From a phage, in the sequence record NC_094493.1: a stretch of DNA of 64,000 nt; one strand, given 5' to 3'. The stretch's first letter is position 1; the number at the start of each line of letters is the position of its first letter. This document shows positions 37,129 to 47,550 of the stretch, in pieces. The position numbers were made by a program, and so were the translations under genes. The notes beneath the pieces are model-generated. The model saw only the letters and a list, made by a program, of their open reading frames with translations, was not told the DNA's origin and made no database searches.

Positions 37129-37917
37129 TTACTCGGAAACAGGGGTCCAAATATGATTTGCACGATCCTCAATAAGATTGAGTGCGATCTGACGACCCAA
37201 CCCAGAACGAACGACATCGTCTGGACTATCAAAGCTGATCATTCCAACCTCAGGATCTGGATGACGAGTAAAGAAATCCGTCACCCATGCAAGGCCAGAT
37301 TTACCAGGGATGTCACGTTGGCTATTATCACCCATAATTACAAGGGTGGCTTGATCAGAGATCCTTGTGATAATTGACAACATTTCTTCAGGGTTAGTTT
37401 GCTGTGCCTCGTCAATCAGGACAAAGCATCGCTCATCGAAACTACGACCACGAATGCTTTCAACTTCACAAATCTCGATACGGCTGTTCTGACCGTCTCC
37501 CAGCATTGCGGCAAAAGCACCTTTGCCAACACGACGACAAATCGTGTCCATCATGCTTCGAAGATAGGGCCACAGTTTCTGCATTGCATTTCCAGGTTTA
37601 AATCCTGAAGTCTTTCCTGTCTGAACGTAAGGACGTGCAACAATAATCTTATCAATCTCGTTCTTACGCAGAAGATCACCTGCATATGCAGATGCCATGA
37701 ATGTCTTACCGGATCCAAACACACCGTTTACAATAATAATCTTACGTGACCCTAGATAATCAAGATACTTTTGCTGCTTCTTATTCATTGGTCGGAGAGC
37801 TGGAGCGGTGTGCTCTCTTTCGTCAGCAAATTTCTCAGCAGCCTTACGCAGGCGATCAGATTTGCGAGCCTCTCTAGCTTCATCACGCATGCGTTTTGTT
37901 TCTTTAGCTCGACCCAT
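37129..37917 (-). CDS. phoH: PhoH-like ATPase
   Basis: Walker A GVFGSGKT; PhoH-type conserved blocks (IVARP, DEAQ, GDxxQ). Confidence 0.8.
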   Translation of the reverse strand: MGRAKETKRMRDEAREARKSDRLRKAAEKFADEREHTAPALRPMNKKQQKYLDYLGSRKIIIVNGVFGSGKTFMASAYAGDLLRKNEIDKIIVARPYVQTGKTSGFKPGNAMQKLWPYLRSMMDTICRRVGKGAFAAMLGDGQNSRIEICEVESIRGRSFDERCFVLIDEAQQTNPEEMLSIITRISDQATLVIMGDNSQRDIPGKSGLAWVTDFFTRHPDPEVGMISFDSPDDVVRSGLGRQIALNLIEDRANHIWTPVSE

Positions 37918-37955
37918 GTTGGGACTCCTTTCAGATTGAGATGTGCCAAGTACTT

Positions 37956-38306
37956 TTACTGCAACAGTTTTTCAATAGCCGCTTCCATGCTGCTTGCAAC
38001 AGCCTGAACTCGGATATTCATCTCTTCTTGGTGGATCAGCTCCTTAAGCTCTTTAATGGTAAATTCTTTAGAGAAACCTTCCACCATAATCTTGTGCAAG
38101 GCTTCTTGCGTGTCTACTTGCAAGAACTTTTCCAGTTTGTTGGCAGAGGCTTCTAAATCAGCCCGAATACGAGGGTCATCTGTGCGATTCAGCATTAGGC
38201 GTAAGCCATCAAGATTAGTAGAAATAGCATCTGCATGTTGAGTAACTAACCGTGGCAAAATGAGATCTACAAACTTATTAGCCAAATCGATACGTTCTTG
38301 TGTCAC
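37956..38306 (-). CDS. hypothetical protein
   Basis: ORF with GTG start overlapping the upstream small ORF stop. Confidence 0.45.
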   Translation of the reverse strand: MTQERIDLANKFVDLILPRLVTQHADAISTNLDGLRLMLNRTDDPRIRADLEASANKLEKFLQVDTQEALHKIMVEGFSKEFTIKELKELIHQEEMNIRVQAVASSMEAAIEKLLQ

Positions 38307-38416
38307 TGTTGCACCCCCTCTTCATCTTCATGATGTTTCTTTTCACGCTTGTGTTTTTTCTTAAGCTCAAGCGCAATCTCTTTCTTGTACGCCTTCTTCA
38401 AGGCTTTTTTAGCCAT
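38303..38416 (-). CDS. small Lys-rich protein (37 aa)
   Basis: Strong RBS aggaggtgccaa ATG; MAKKALKKAYKKEIALELKKKHKREKKHHEDEEGVQQ; below ORF-track cut-off. Confidence 0.35.
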   Translation of the reverse strand: MAKKALKKAYKKEIALELKKKHKREKKHHEDEEGVQQ

Positions 38417-38478
38417 TTGGCACCTCCTCTGCTTTCATTACGGCAATTATAACCAACTCAACAAAGCTTTGTCAACAA

Positions 38479-38952
38479 CTAGTCTACCTGAACCCAACCG
38501 CCTGATACTTTTTTAAACATTCTTTGGTTATCACTGCCTCGGAACGGTTTCTTGGTTGGTAAATCTTTTACATACTTACCGTCAATGATGATATCAGCCA
38601 GTTTAAGAACATCACTAGAGATATGGTCAAATGTGAACCCAGTATATACAAGAATAGTTTTCTTGTCACCAAATTTTTCCTTAATTTTCTCCATCAGGCT
38701 AATAATATCTGGCTCATTATAGTATGCTAAGGGTTCTCCACCCAGCAGAGAGATACCGCACACAGACGGGTTATCTAAATCTGACAAGATTTTTTGCAAG
38801 TCTTCTTCAGTAAACTCTCTCCCCTTATCTTTTGACCAAAATGCCTGATTAAAGCAACCATGGCAAGCGTGTGGGCACCCAGATACCCATAAGGCAGTTC
38901 TAATACCTGGCCCTTCGGTGTAAGATATTTCTGTGTATCCGGCAATATTCAT
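38479..38952 (-). CDS. nrdG: Anaerobic ribonucleotide reductase activating protein (radical SAM)
   Basis: CPHACHGC radical-SAM cluster motif; directly downstream of nrdD. Confidence 0.75.
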   Translation of the reverse strand: MNIAGYTEISYTEGPGIRTALWVSGCPHACHGCFNQAFWSKDKGREFTEEDLQKILSDLDNPSVCGISLLGGEPLAYYNEPDIISLMEKIKEKFGDKKTILVYTGFTFDHISSDVLKLADIIIDGKYVKDLPTKKPFRGSDNQRMFKKVSGGWVQVD

Positions 38953-39065
38953 AGATACTCCGCATCACATTTAGGGCAATGCCAAATAAAATCGTCCAGT
39001 GCCTTGCACCAACGAAGATTGCAACGACAACCACACTTGCAAATTTTATAAATACCTGTAGACAT
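38949..39065 (-). CDS. small Cys-rich (zinc-ribbon-like) protein, 38 aa
   Basis: RBS aggaggtacagt ATG; MSTGIYKICKCGCRCNLRWCKALDDFIWHCPKCDAEYL; stop overlaps the nrdG start (ATGA). Confidence 0.4.
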   Translation of the reverse strand: MSTGIYKICKCGCRCNLRWCKALDDFIWHCPKCDAEYL

Positions 39066-39128
39066 ACTGTACCTCCTAGCTCACTGTATGTCAATAATAT
39101 GCCACATCCTTGTGGCTTTTGTCAAGTA

Positions 39129-41252
39129 TCAGCAACCACAACTTCCGTAGTGCTTAACCCGTTCTATAACTTCCGCTTGCTTACCTTTATTGTAAGGACG
39201 GGAGTTTGGACTAGACAGGTACCCGGATACACGTCTGATCACACTGATCGTTCCCTCTTCATGGTTTCCACACTCTGGGCATACGAATCCCTTAGCTGTT
39301 GCACTGAACTCACCAGAGAAACCACACTTAAGACATTTATCCACAGGCTGGTTGATACCAAAATACATAATGTGTTTATATCCGAAATCAACAAGAGCTT
39401 CCAAAGCATCTAAGTTGTTTTTCAGATTTGGTGTCTCTACGTATCCGATGTTGCCACCAGAAGAGATCATAGCAAAACCTTCCTCATACTCCCACTTATC
39501 AAAAGGAGAGCTATTGATCCATACTGGCTGATGGAAACTGTTGGTGAGATATTCATGCTCGTGCTTCAACACTTCAGGATATTCACGATCCAGACAGGTT
39601 GCAGCTTTATAGCATAGACTCTCAGAAGGGGTGCCGTACAAGCTAAACGCTAGTCTACTTTCCTTCTTGTATCGCTCACAAGCATCTCTCATGTGCTGAA
39701 GTATTCCAAGAGCTAAAGCCTTGTCACCCTCCCTGCCCAAAATCTGACAGGTTTCATACACACCAATATACCCAATACTGATGGAAGCGTACCCGTCATA
39801 GAAGAGTTTATCAATACTCTCTTCAGGATCCAGGCGAGCAAGAGCGCCTTCACACCACATGATAGGGTTCTGCCCTGCCTTTGTTCCTTTTAGACGGTTA
39901 ACCCTTACAAGGTGAGCTTCATACGCCAAATCCAGATACTCGTCAAGAACTGCAAAGAAATCAACACCTTCCGTTTTAGCTTTTGCCGCAATCATTGGTA
40001 GGTTAAGGCTAACAACGCCTAAGTTAAATCTGCCAAGGTATTTCTCCTCGCCTGTTTCCAAGTCATTATATTTGCTAAGAAAACTCCGGCAACCCATGCT
40101 CGTTACTTTACCATCTGTCGAGCCTGTCACTTTACGATTTAGTGGAACAGAAACAAAGTCAGGATAAATCCGCTCTGCAGAGCATTCCAGAGCTAATCGT
40201 TTCAAATCATAGTTAGGATCTCCAGGGTTCATGTTGACACCCTCTTCTAGGAAGAACAGCACTTTAGGGAACACAGGTGTGATACGTTCTTCACCAAGAC
40301 CCATTTTGTGGACTTTCAAGTAATTTTTGGTAATCATTCTACCAAAGACCGAGGTATCCAGTCCTAAACTTAATGTGATGAATGGAGTTTGCCCGTTGAC
40401 AGAAGTTAACGTATTGATTTGATAGAGCAAAGTCTGCATGCTGTCAAATACGTCTTTATCTGTCATTTGCATTGCAACAGTCTCAGCATCTGGCAACCAA
40501 TGTTCCTGGCAAAATTTAAGGTTCTTCTCATAGGTCGCTTCAGCATACTGTGCCAGATAATGATCAATATGGCTCATAGTCTGACCCCCATATTGAGCAC
40601 TAGCTACTGCACTAGAGATTTGGCTAAGGATTGTTGTTGCAACCCCTATTGACTTAGGCTTACTGACATGGGCGTTACCAATGTTGAATCCGTTTTCCAA
40701 CATATCTGGATAATTTACCAAACAACAGTTTGTTAACGGACTGATCAAGTAGTCAAGATCATGCACATGGATGAAGCCTCTATTGTGCTCTTCTGAGACA
40801 CGGTCTGGCAGGATCTGTGTTGATGCAAGGTGTTTGCTAAGGATGCCTGCAAGCAGGTCACGATGAGTGTGTACATGATTGGTAGGCTTATTTGCGTTTT
40901 CTTTTGTAAATTCATCACAAGTGCGATCCAAGAAGCCACTAATATCTGCAAGCAGTTTTCCACCTGCCTCTCTGTTATTATCTCTTGTCTGCCTATACTG
41001 GATGTATTCTCTGGCTGCACATTTTAAACCCATATCCATAAGAGCGTCTTCAACAAGGATATGGATATTTTTTACAGAGATCGTGCACTGGTCGGTTGGT
41101 AGATTGTTAGCAACAACTTCATTAACCGCGCAGGCGATCCGGTAAGCTTCTTCTTCAGTATGCCCAGACTCAAGTAAGGCGGACTCTGCCGCCTTGATCA
41201 CCTTAATTCCGTTATAGACCTCTTCTCTACCATCCCGTTTTACAACTTTCAC
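39129..41252 (-). CDS. nrdD: Anaerobic ribonucleoside-triphosphate reductase (class III)
   Basis: 707 aa; N-terminal ATP-cone-like; C-terminal glycyl-radical region RVSGYL and terminal Cys cluster. Confidence 0.8.
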   Translation of the reverse strand: MKVVKRDGREEVYNGIKVIKAAESALLESGHTEEEAYRIACAVNEVVANNLPTDQCTISVKNIHILVEDALMDMGLKCAAREYIQYRQTRDNNREAGGKLLADISGFLDRTCDEFTKENANKPTNHVHTHRDLLAGILSKHLASTQILPDRVSEEHNRGFIHVHDLDYLISPLTNCCLVNYPDMLENGFNIGNAHVSKPKSIGVATTILSQISSAVASAQYGGQTMSHIDHYLAQYAEATYEKNLKFCQEHWLPDAETVAMQMTDKDVFDSMQTLLYQINTLTSVNGQTPFITLSLGLDTSVFGRMITKNYLKVHKMGLGEERITPVFPKVLFFLEEGVNMNPGDPNYDLKRLALECSAERIYPDFVSVPLNRKVTGSTDGKVTSMGCRSFLSKYNDLETGEEKYLGRFNLGVVSLNLPMIAAKAKTEGVDFFAVLDEYLDLAYEAHLVRVNRLKGTKAGQNPIMWCEGALARLDPEESIDKLFYDGYASISIGYIGVYETCQILGREGDKALALGILQHMRDACERYKKESRLAFSLYGTPSESLCYKAATCLDREYPEVLKHEHEYLTNSFHQPVWINSSPFDKWEYEEGFAMISSGGNIGYVETPNLKNNLDALEALVDFGYKHIMYFGINQPVDKCLKCGFSGEFSATAKGFVCPECGNHEEGTISVIRRVSGYLSSPNSRPYNKGKQAEVIERVKHYGSCGC

Positions 41253-41527
41253 TTTTTCTCTCCAAAACCATTCTTAACAAAAGAGATGAAATCGTCGGCA
41301 CCGCCTATATGGACACTTTCAAGATTGCTTTCTAAGAAGATCTGCGGCAACGTTCTGGGTACGATTGGACTGCACTTCTCAATAAGCTCTTCTTTTGTGT
41401 AACCCTCGCCAAGTGTCTTATATACAAAAGGCAGACCTTTACTGACTGCAAATTCTTTTGCTCTTACACAATGTGGGCAGTTATCTTTACCGTAAATAAT
41501 AAAGAAAAAAGATTTTTCACAGCTCAT
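41249..41527 (-). CDS. Glutaredoxin/NrdH-like redoxin
   Basis: CPHC active-site motif in a thioredoxin-fold-sized protein next to nrd genes. Confidence 0.6.
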   Translation of the reverse strand: MSCEKSFFFIIYGKDNCPHCVRAKEFAVSKGLPFVYKTLGEGYTKEELIEKCSPIVPRTLPQIFLESNLESVHIGGADDFISFVKNGFGEKK

Positions 41528-41530
41528 GTA

Positions 41531-42619
41531 TTAAAACTCCCAAATTTCTTCTTCAGCGTCATTAACAGTTGTGTTGACGCGGTAGTCAGTGTTCGACATT
41601 TCTTGGTTCGCCGTCTGTTGCAATGAAGGTTTCATCCACACCTGCATAAACGGTAGAGGGTCCTTTGTTGGCGGCACAAAGTCTTTGTCGATGCCGTAGT
41701 AATCATAAATCGGTGAGCAGTTATAGTCAACCCATTCTTTAAGCAACGGTGAGTTAAGACCTATAATCGCTCTTCCTTCGCTGAAAATATAGTCACTCCA
41801 ACCGTACTCTTTGGTTCGTACTTCATCAAGAATCTCTTTTAACTCCCCTTTTATCTCAAGGAAGCTTTTCTCCCATGCCGGATCATTAAGCAGGATATCA
41901 ATGATGGCAAAATCACCTTTCGAATGTAGCATTTCGTCAAGCATGATTTTTTGAACAAGCTGCGCCACCTGAACAAAAATACCCTGTTCAGCTACTGCGA
42001 AAGTGCATGCAAAACTTGCAATAAACTCAATACTTTCCAGGGCTAAAAGTGCAAAAAGCGCTCTAAGAATGCATTTCCGCACAATATCTTCTTCAACACT
42101 AGAAGGATCCAGTCGGTATTTTGCACCAATAACCTCAAGCTCTTGCATGTATTTGACAATAACGCCGGATCTGCTCAGAACGTTTTGGTTTTCCTGAATC
42201 TCTTCTATAATCTCACGGGCATTGGGGAGGCATTGTCTAACAATCTCTGAGTAAGTTAGTGCGTGAAGAACTTCAATCTCTGACTGTTTCATCAATAGAG
42301 TGAAAAGCTCACTATTGGTGATAAATGGTGAAAACAGACAAATGATAGATCTTGCCGCAACGCTATCAGCCTCCCATTGCCACATCAAGGTCTGCACCAT
42401 CACGTCATAAGTTGACTTTGAGCATGTTACAAAATCTGAAATAGATTGCGACAAATCCACTTCATCCTCTGCCCAGTCTTGTTCTTTTTGTTTTTTGTAT
42501 AGTTCAAACAGTTGTGGATATTTTTTGTTGATAGAGTCGTACATACCCATTTGCTGTCCTAGAAACAGCGGATAGTCACCAGTTTTATGAGCGGTGTTCT
42601 CAGCATTAAATACAGCCAT
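41531..42619 (-). CDS. nrdB: Ribonucleotide reductase class Ia beta subunit
   Basis: 362 aa; RNR small-subunit-like conserved helices; adjacent to nrdA. Confidence 0.75.
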   Translation of the reverse strand: MAVFNAENTAHKTGDYPLFLGQQMGMYDSINKKYPQLFELYKKQKEQDWAEDEVDLSQSISDFVTCSKSTYDVMVQTLMWQWEADSVAARSIICLFSPFITNSELFTLLMKQSEIEVLHALTYSEIVRQCLPNAREIIEEIQENQNVLSRSGVIVKYMQELEVIGAKYRLDPSSVEEDIVRKCILRALFALLALESIEFIASFACTFAVAEQGIFVQVAQLVQKIMLDEMLHSKGDFAIIDILLNDPAWEKSFLEIKGELKEILDEVRTKEYGWSDYIFSEGRAIIGLNSPLLKEWVDYNCSPIYDYYGIDKDFVPPTKDPLPFMQVWMKPSLQQTANQEMSNTDYRVNTTVNDAEEEIWEF

Positions 42620-42626
42620 TATTCTA

Positions 42627-42655
42627 ACCTCTAAAATGGGGCCGAAGCCCCTTTA
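42627..42655 (-). terminator. Putative attenuator/terminator between nrdA and nrdB
   Basis: - strand hairpin aggggcttcggcccct (UUCG loop) followed by ATTTTAG. Confidence 0.45.
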
Positions 42656-42658
42656 AAA

Positions 42659-44974
42659 TTATAGTGCACAACTTTCGCAATACTGATCTTCAACTGAACT
42701 ATCTGCAGTCAAAGGATAGTTCTTTCTGGTTTCATCTTCAGCCTGTTTCTTGGCATGAAGTTCCTCTGCCAAGGAGTCACCAGCACCAACCCTAGAGTTT
42801 AAATAATACCATGTCTTCATTCCGAATTTAGTGGCACGGATAAGGTACCCTAGCTGCTCCTTCATTGAAATTTTACCATCTTTCAACTTGGTGTAGTCTA
42901 TGTACAAATCCGCGCTGATTGCCTGACCTGTGAATTTTTGAATCACAGCATACATATCGATCATGTCGTTAGTATCAACGTCCCAAGCCGAAGTGTAATA
43001 CTCTTTCAACTCATCATAGTCAGGAACGATAAACAGCACCTGCCCTTGTGGCGACTTTTTAAAGATAATGTGCTCACGGACAGGATAGACCCCGTTAGTG
43101 GTGTTTGTTGCCAGCGAAGAGCTTTCATTAGGCATATATGCTTCAAGAACGCTATTACGTAGCCCACCATTTTCAATGATTTCTTTACGTAACCCTTCCC
43201 AATCCTGTTTAAGAGAAGGATCTTTCACCACGCTATCGACCTCTTTGTTATAGGTGTCGATTGGTAACCAACCTTCTGGATATTTTGTTTTATGCATCCA
43301 CTCGCAGACACCACGCTCTTTTGCCAACCGTAAACTTGCCTTATGCAAGCTGTAGCTGTGAAGTTCTGCAAGATCGTGAACGAGCTGTTTACTTTCAGGA
43401 GATCCGTAAGTAACCTTGTGGCTGGCAATAAAATGTGCAACATTGGTAAGGCCAACCCCGATGGATCTGCGTTTTTTAACTGTGCTTTCCATATTTTCAT
43501 ACGGATATGTCATGATTTCCATAACATTGTCAATCATAAGCACCGTATAGTATGCAACATCCTCATACTCCTCTGGAGTAACCCTCCCAGCTACAAGAGA
43601 TGACAGGAAGCACAATGCAACCTCTCCATCATCAGCATCGTACTTGAAGATATTACGCATATCTGAATAGCCTTTTGTCGGGAGGGCTATTTCTGCACAC
43701 AGGTTACTTGAATAGATCACATCTTTAAAAGGTGTATGTCTATTCATCTCATCTGTCCAGTATACATACAGCCTTCCCACCTCAGTACGCTGCGTGATCA
43801 GTTCAACAGCAAGATCTCTAGCCCGGATCCATGTTTTAGGAATACTGTCATCTTTAGCAATACGATCAACCTCTGCATCAAACTCCTCCATAGACATGGT
43901 GAAGATACCCTCATGCAGTTGAGGCGCGTGCTTATAAGAAACAAGCATCCAATCCAAATTCTTAGCCACACGGTTGATAAACGACCTATTAATACCGATG
44001 GAGTAGTCCATGGTGTTGATTCTTTTTGAAGCAACAGTCATAGGGTTTCTCAAACGGATTAGCTCATCAATCTGCGGGTCCAGTGCAAGGAATGATACTG
44101 TTGCAGAACCGCCACGTGATTGTTGTCTGTTCTCCTTAACACCAGCATCAATACCTCGATAATATGGAATCTTACCCATATGTTTAATAGTGTTACCACG
44201 AACACCATCGCCTGCAGATCTTGAGGATAAGTAGTAGCCGATACCTGCCTGGTTAACCGTCATTGTGTACGCAACTTCACGTGCCACACCAATAGATTTT
44301 GCTGTATCGTCAGCTTTTATTACACAACAAGATGCATACCCTGTCTTACCTGTGCGCAGCCCGTTTAAGTACGGTGTCGGGGCATTGATCTTTAAGTCGG
44401 ACAGATAAGTGTATAATTTTACAACATCGTTGATACGACGTTCTTTCGGCATATTCTTCATGACAGCCATTGCTATCCCCATAAACATCATCTGGGGAGA
44501 TTCAAACAGGGTGTCTTTAAGAGTATCTTTGATCCCGTATTTGTCGCGAAACTGTTTAAGGACTGCATAGCCGTAACCGAGATCTTTACTGTGGTCAATA
44601 ACAGCGTCTAAAGTGTTTAGCTCGGTAAAGCTATAACCCATATCCTCCCAATAACCTTTCTCAACCATGTCATTGTAAAATGATGGTAAGGAAGGGATCT
44701 TTGTAAACCCTCCAAAAGCCTCTTTATAGATCTGACCAATAAGAACACGACCAGCCATACGGGAATGTGCTTCGTCTTTACGGCTAACACAAGAGTCTAT
44801 AATAGCTTGGTTAACTTCTTTGGTTGTACATCCATCATACAACCGCTTGTAGGCATCCAGTGCAATATGTGACCAATTGCCGTTACCATCGTCACCGAAA
44901 ATAGCTGCCTTATTTAAACGTTCTGGATCGAATGCCACTTCACATCCGTTGCTTTTAATTACCTTGGTGATCAA
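42659..44974 (-). CDS. nrdA: Ribonucleotide reductase class Ia alpha subunit
   Basis: 771 aa; N-terminal ATP cone; NLCAEIALP active-site region. Confidence 0.8.
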   Translation of the reverse strand: MITKVIKSNGCEVAFDPERLNKAAIFGDDGNGNWSHIALDAYKRLYDGCTTKEVNQAIIDSCVSRKDEAHSRMAGRVLIGQIYKEAFGGFTKIPSLPSFYNDMVEKGYWEDMGYSFTELNTLDAVIDHSKDLGYGYAVLKQFRDKYGIKDTLKDTLFESPQMMFMGIAMAVMKNMPKERRINDVVKLYTYLSDLKINAPTPYLNGLRTGKTGYASCCVIKADDTAKSIGVAREVAYTMTVNQAGIGYYLSSRSAGDGVRGNTIKHMGKIPYYRGIDAGVKENRQQSRGGSATVSFLALDPQIDELIRLRNPMTVASKRINTMDYSIGINRSFINRVAKNLDWMLVSYKHAPQLHEGIFTMSMEEFDAEVDRIAKDDSIPKTWIRARDLAVELITQRTEVGRLYVYWTDEMNRHTPFKDVIYSSNLCAEIALPTKGYSDMRNIFKYDADDGEVALCFLSSLVAGRVTPEEYEDVAYYTVLMIDNVMEIMTYPYENMESTVKKRRSIGVGLTNVAHFIASHKVTYGSPESKQLVHDLAELHSYSLHKASLRLAKERGVCEWMHKTKYPEGWLPIDTYNKEVDSVVKDPSLKQDWEGLRKEIIENGGLRNSVLEAYMPNESSSLATNTTNGVYPVREHIIFKKSPQGQVLFIVPDYDELKEYYTSAWDVDTNDMIDMYAVIQKFTGQAISADLYIDYTKLKDGKISMKEQLGYLIRATKFGMKTWYYLNSRVGAGDSLAEELHAKKQAEDETRKNYPLTADSSVEDQYCESCAL

Positions 44975-45201
44975 TTTGCTTCCTCCACTTCACTAACGTA
45001 TTTATCAAGGCAGGTATCAGTATCTTGCTGGATAAAAGTATCCTCTTCTACAGAGATATTTATAATTTTACCTGTATACTCGTCATAATAGACATCATCA
45101 TACATTTTAATATCGTTTGTCAGGCCATTGAACCAAAGCCAACCAACATACTCTGCCCGACTTGCAAAACCAAGATCCTTCCACTTGGAGTTATGACTCA
45201 T
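44971..45201 (-). CDS. hypothetical protein
   Basis: ORF; start placed at internal ATG (MSHNSKWKD) to avoid a long overlap. Confidence 0.4.
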   Translation of the reverse strand: MSHNSKWKDLGFASRAEYVGWLWFNGLTNDIKMYDDVYYDEYTGKIINISVEEDTFIQQDTDTCLDKYVSEVEEAN

Positions 45202-45211
45202 CTTCACCACC

Positions 45212-45712
45212 TTAGCTTTCAATACCGAATAATTTTTCCAGGCGATGCAGATCTTCAAAATTGAAAGGTTCATCAACAATATGAATATCTTCAGCCTTTT
45301 CAGATTGTTTTGTATACTTTCTTACATTAACACGATCCTCTACAGGGATATCATACGGGAGATCTTGAACAAGCATTGCCTCACCAGGTGCTTTATCTAC
45401 ATCTAAAATATCTACACCGTTATACATTTGTGGGTATCTAAAGTCTGCACGCATGACACCAGCAAATACATCTGCCTTTCGATAATGTGTTGGCTTATTT
45501 TTGCATCGAACGTTTTTTCCACGAAGAACATCAATACTTTTTAAATCAAACCCTACGGCAAAGAGTGCAGCTCGGAGACCGTTTCGTGTGCGAACGTTAA
45601 ACCCGGGGACGGTAGATAGAAAATCTAAAGTAACTGAAATAAATGTCTTTTTAGGAATCATAACATTACTCATATCTGTCTCCATTTCTGGCTCACCAAC
45701 AAAGTGAGCCAT
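45212..45712 (-). CDS. hypothetical protein
   Basis: 166 aa ORF behind consensus promoter 45714-45742. Confidence 0.5.
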   Translation of the reverse strand: MAHFVGEPEMETDMSNVMIPKKTFISVTLDFLSTVPGFNVRTRNGLRAALFAVGFDLKSIDVLRGKNVRCKNKPTHYRKADVFAGVMRADFRYPQMYNGVDILDVDKAPGEAMLVQDLPYDIPVEDRVNVRKYTKQSEKAEDIHIVDEPFNFEDLHRLEKLFGIES

Positions 45713-45713
45713 T

Positions 45714-45742
45714 ATTATAGATTATCTAATACTATTAGTCAA
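45714..45742 (-). promoter_or_regulatory. sigma70 consensus promoter (- strand)
   Basis: - strand reads TTGACT, 17 bp spacer, TATAAT. Confidence 0.55.
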
Positions 45743-45771
45743 CACAAAAGTTACCTATCGCTGTGATAGGA

Positions 45772-46755
45772 TTAACCTTTCACGAAGTGGTTATTAAGCA
45801 GTTGTCTGTGCTGAACCCACCCACAAAAGTTGGCAGACCAGAATTTACCATCACGGTCTTGATGGGTTACACCTTCCTGCCAAGTACTGATGTCTTGTGT
45901 GATTTCACATGAAGACAGGTAGTAGTTTAAACGTTCCATTGCGTTATCGTGATCCATAGGTGTTGCCTGGTGCTCGTAAGGGCTTGCATGAATACGATCC
46001 CCACCAATCAATTTTTTAGCCACACTATCTGCCTTTTCAAACGTGCTGTCAATATTTCGATAAGATACTTGTGCACAGCAACTAGCACTGATAGACAGAG
46101 CTTCTTTAGTATCGAGAATGCAGAGCTTTCCTTCTGTGTCACGTACAGCGTAGTTAAACTCTCCGTCCAAATAAACGTGCTCTACATATGGGGTGTGCCA
46201 TTGACCCGGTTTAAGGATTTCAGGAGTGCTATTCTCAAGAGCCTCCCACATACAATTAGCTAACATCTGAATCGTAGGATCCGCATCGTGCCAGCAACGG
46301 AGGTGGAAAAAATTATTCCACTCGGTGCTTGTTACAACTGTTTTCATGCGCTGGAACGGCTCCACTAAGCGGTTACATACTTGCTTATGGTAACCAGCAA
46401 GGGCGAACTTCTCTGCATGCCAAGCGGCGTTTTTTGCAGCTTCTTTCCAAAACTCTTCAGGAGTTAGCTCCATGTCAGTGTACTCTACACGGATCTTTTG
46501 ATCGTGTTCCCCACCATCTTCCATTCCTCGCTTATTTACACCGAAGCGAACTGGCATTGCCGGATTCTCCACAATCTGTTGCAGCATCTTGCCGACAGGT
46601 ACTGCACGGGAAGACATGGCGTTTCGGCTGAACACTCGGTGCGTCATAAGCTCTGAGTGAATAATTCGAGGATACTCTAGTTCAAAAGTGGTGATACGCT
46701 TACCTTTCTCGGAAATGCTGTCAGCAATAATCTTTGCAGTGCACAGTTTTAGCAT
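45772..46755 (-). CDS. thyX: Flavin-dependent thymidylate synthase (ThyX-like)
   Basis: THRVFSRNAMSSRA resembles the ThyX RHR-x7-S signature; sits in the nucleotide-metabolism cluster. Confidence 0.5.
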   Translation of the reverse strand: MLKLCTAKIIADSISEKGKRITTFELEYPRIIHSELMTHRVFSRNAMSSRAVPVGKMLQQIVENPAMPVRFGVNKRGMEDGGEHDQKIRVEYTDMELTPEEFWKEAAKNAAWHAEKFALAGYHKQVCNRLVEPFQRMKTVVTSTEWNNFFHLRCWHDADPTIQMLANCMWEALENSTPEILKPGQWHTPYVEHVYLDGEFNYAVRDTEGKLCILDTKEALSISASCCAQVSYRNIDSTFEKADSVAKKLIGGDRIHASPYEHQATPMDHDNAMERLNYYLSSCEITQDISTWQEGVTHQDRDGKFWSANFCGWVQHRQLLNNHFVKG

Positions 46756-46955
46756 TATTTAGCTCTCCTTGTTTTAATTTTGGAAATTTCGTCTGGGTTT
46801 ATGTTGGCCTTAAATGCAAGGTATCTGTTGAACATGTCAGAGCACATATCTTGGGTGATCCTAGAGGCATACACTAGCTTACCTCCTAGATCATACACCT
46901 CTAGCCAGTCACCGTATCTGACTACAGGATCGCCACCTTTAGAACATCTGCCCAT
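46755..46955 (-). CDS. hypothetical protein
   Basis: ORF, coupled. Confidence 0.45.
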   Translation of the reverse strand: MGRCSKGGDPVVRYGDWLEVYDLGGKLVYASRITQDMCSDMFNRYLAFKANINPDEISKIKTRRAK

Positions 46956-46956
46956 T

Positions 46957-47550
46957 TCAAATACCTTCTAAAAACTTTCCTATTTTATACCAGCTATTGG
47001 CGGTATAGTCAACACTGACCTTTAACTCCTCGAATTGCTCATAAGGCGTATCTTTTAGGATTTTAATAACTTCAGGTCGTGAAGCGAATTGGTTAAGGTA
47101 TTCATGCCTGTCGTCAATTATAACATCTACAGCCACATTTCCTTTGAAATGTGTGGCGTAGAAGCCGTGACCCTGGGTGTGATCGTCCAGATCCATAAAA
47201 TCACTGGTCCAACGCTTTAAGAACCTTGATTTAGATGCAAGGTGACCTTTCTTGCATACCGAGATAAATGCAAGCTTGTGACCACGAGCCACCAAATCTT
47301 TCATAACCTCAATAGCCCCCTCTTCAGGCTTAAGAAAGTCGTAGAGGAATGGGTCACTCCAGAAATCAAAAGGCCCTATGATGTTTTCTTTGGGGCGATC
47401 AGGCCAATACTTTGACAGATCGTAATACATCAGTCCATTAGAAGGTTTAGCGACTGTCTTACTGGCTGGACCATACAAACGCTCCAACCACTCCCACCAT
47501 GCTGTTCCTGAATCTACCAGTGTCAAATCTACATCAATTCCGATTAACAT
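46957..47550 (-). CDS. HAD-family phosphatase, putative 5'-(deoxy)nucleotidase
   Basis: N-terminal DxD motif (IGIDVDLTLVDSG) typical of HAD nucleotidases; next to dNMP kinase. Confidence 0.45.
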   Translation of the reverse strand: MLIGIDVDLTLVDSGTAWWEWLERLYGPASKTVAKPSNGLMYYDLSKYWPDRPKENIIGPFDFWSDPFLYDFLKPEEGAIEVMKDLVARGHKLAFISVCKKGHLASKSRFLKRWTSDFMDLDDHTQGHGFYATHFKGNVAVDVIIDDRHEYLNQFASRPEVIKILKDTPYEQFEELKVSVDYTANSWYKIGKFLEGI

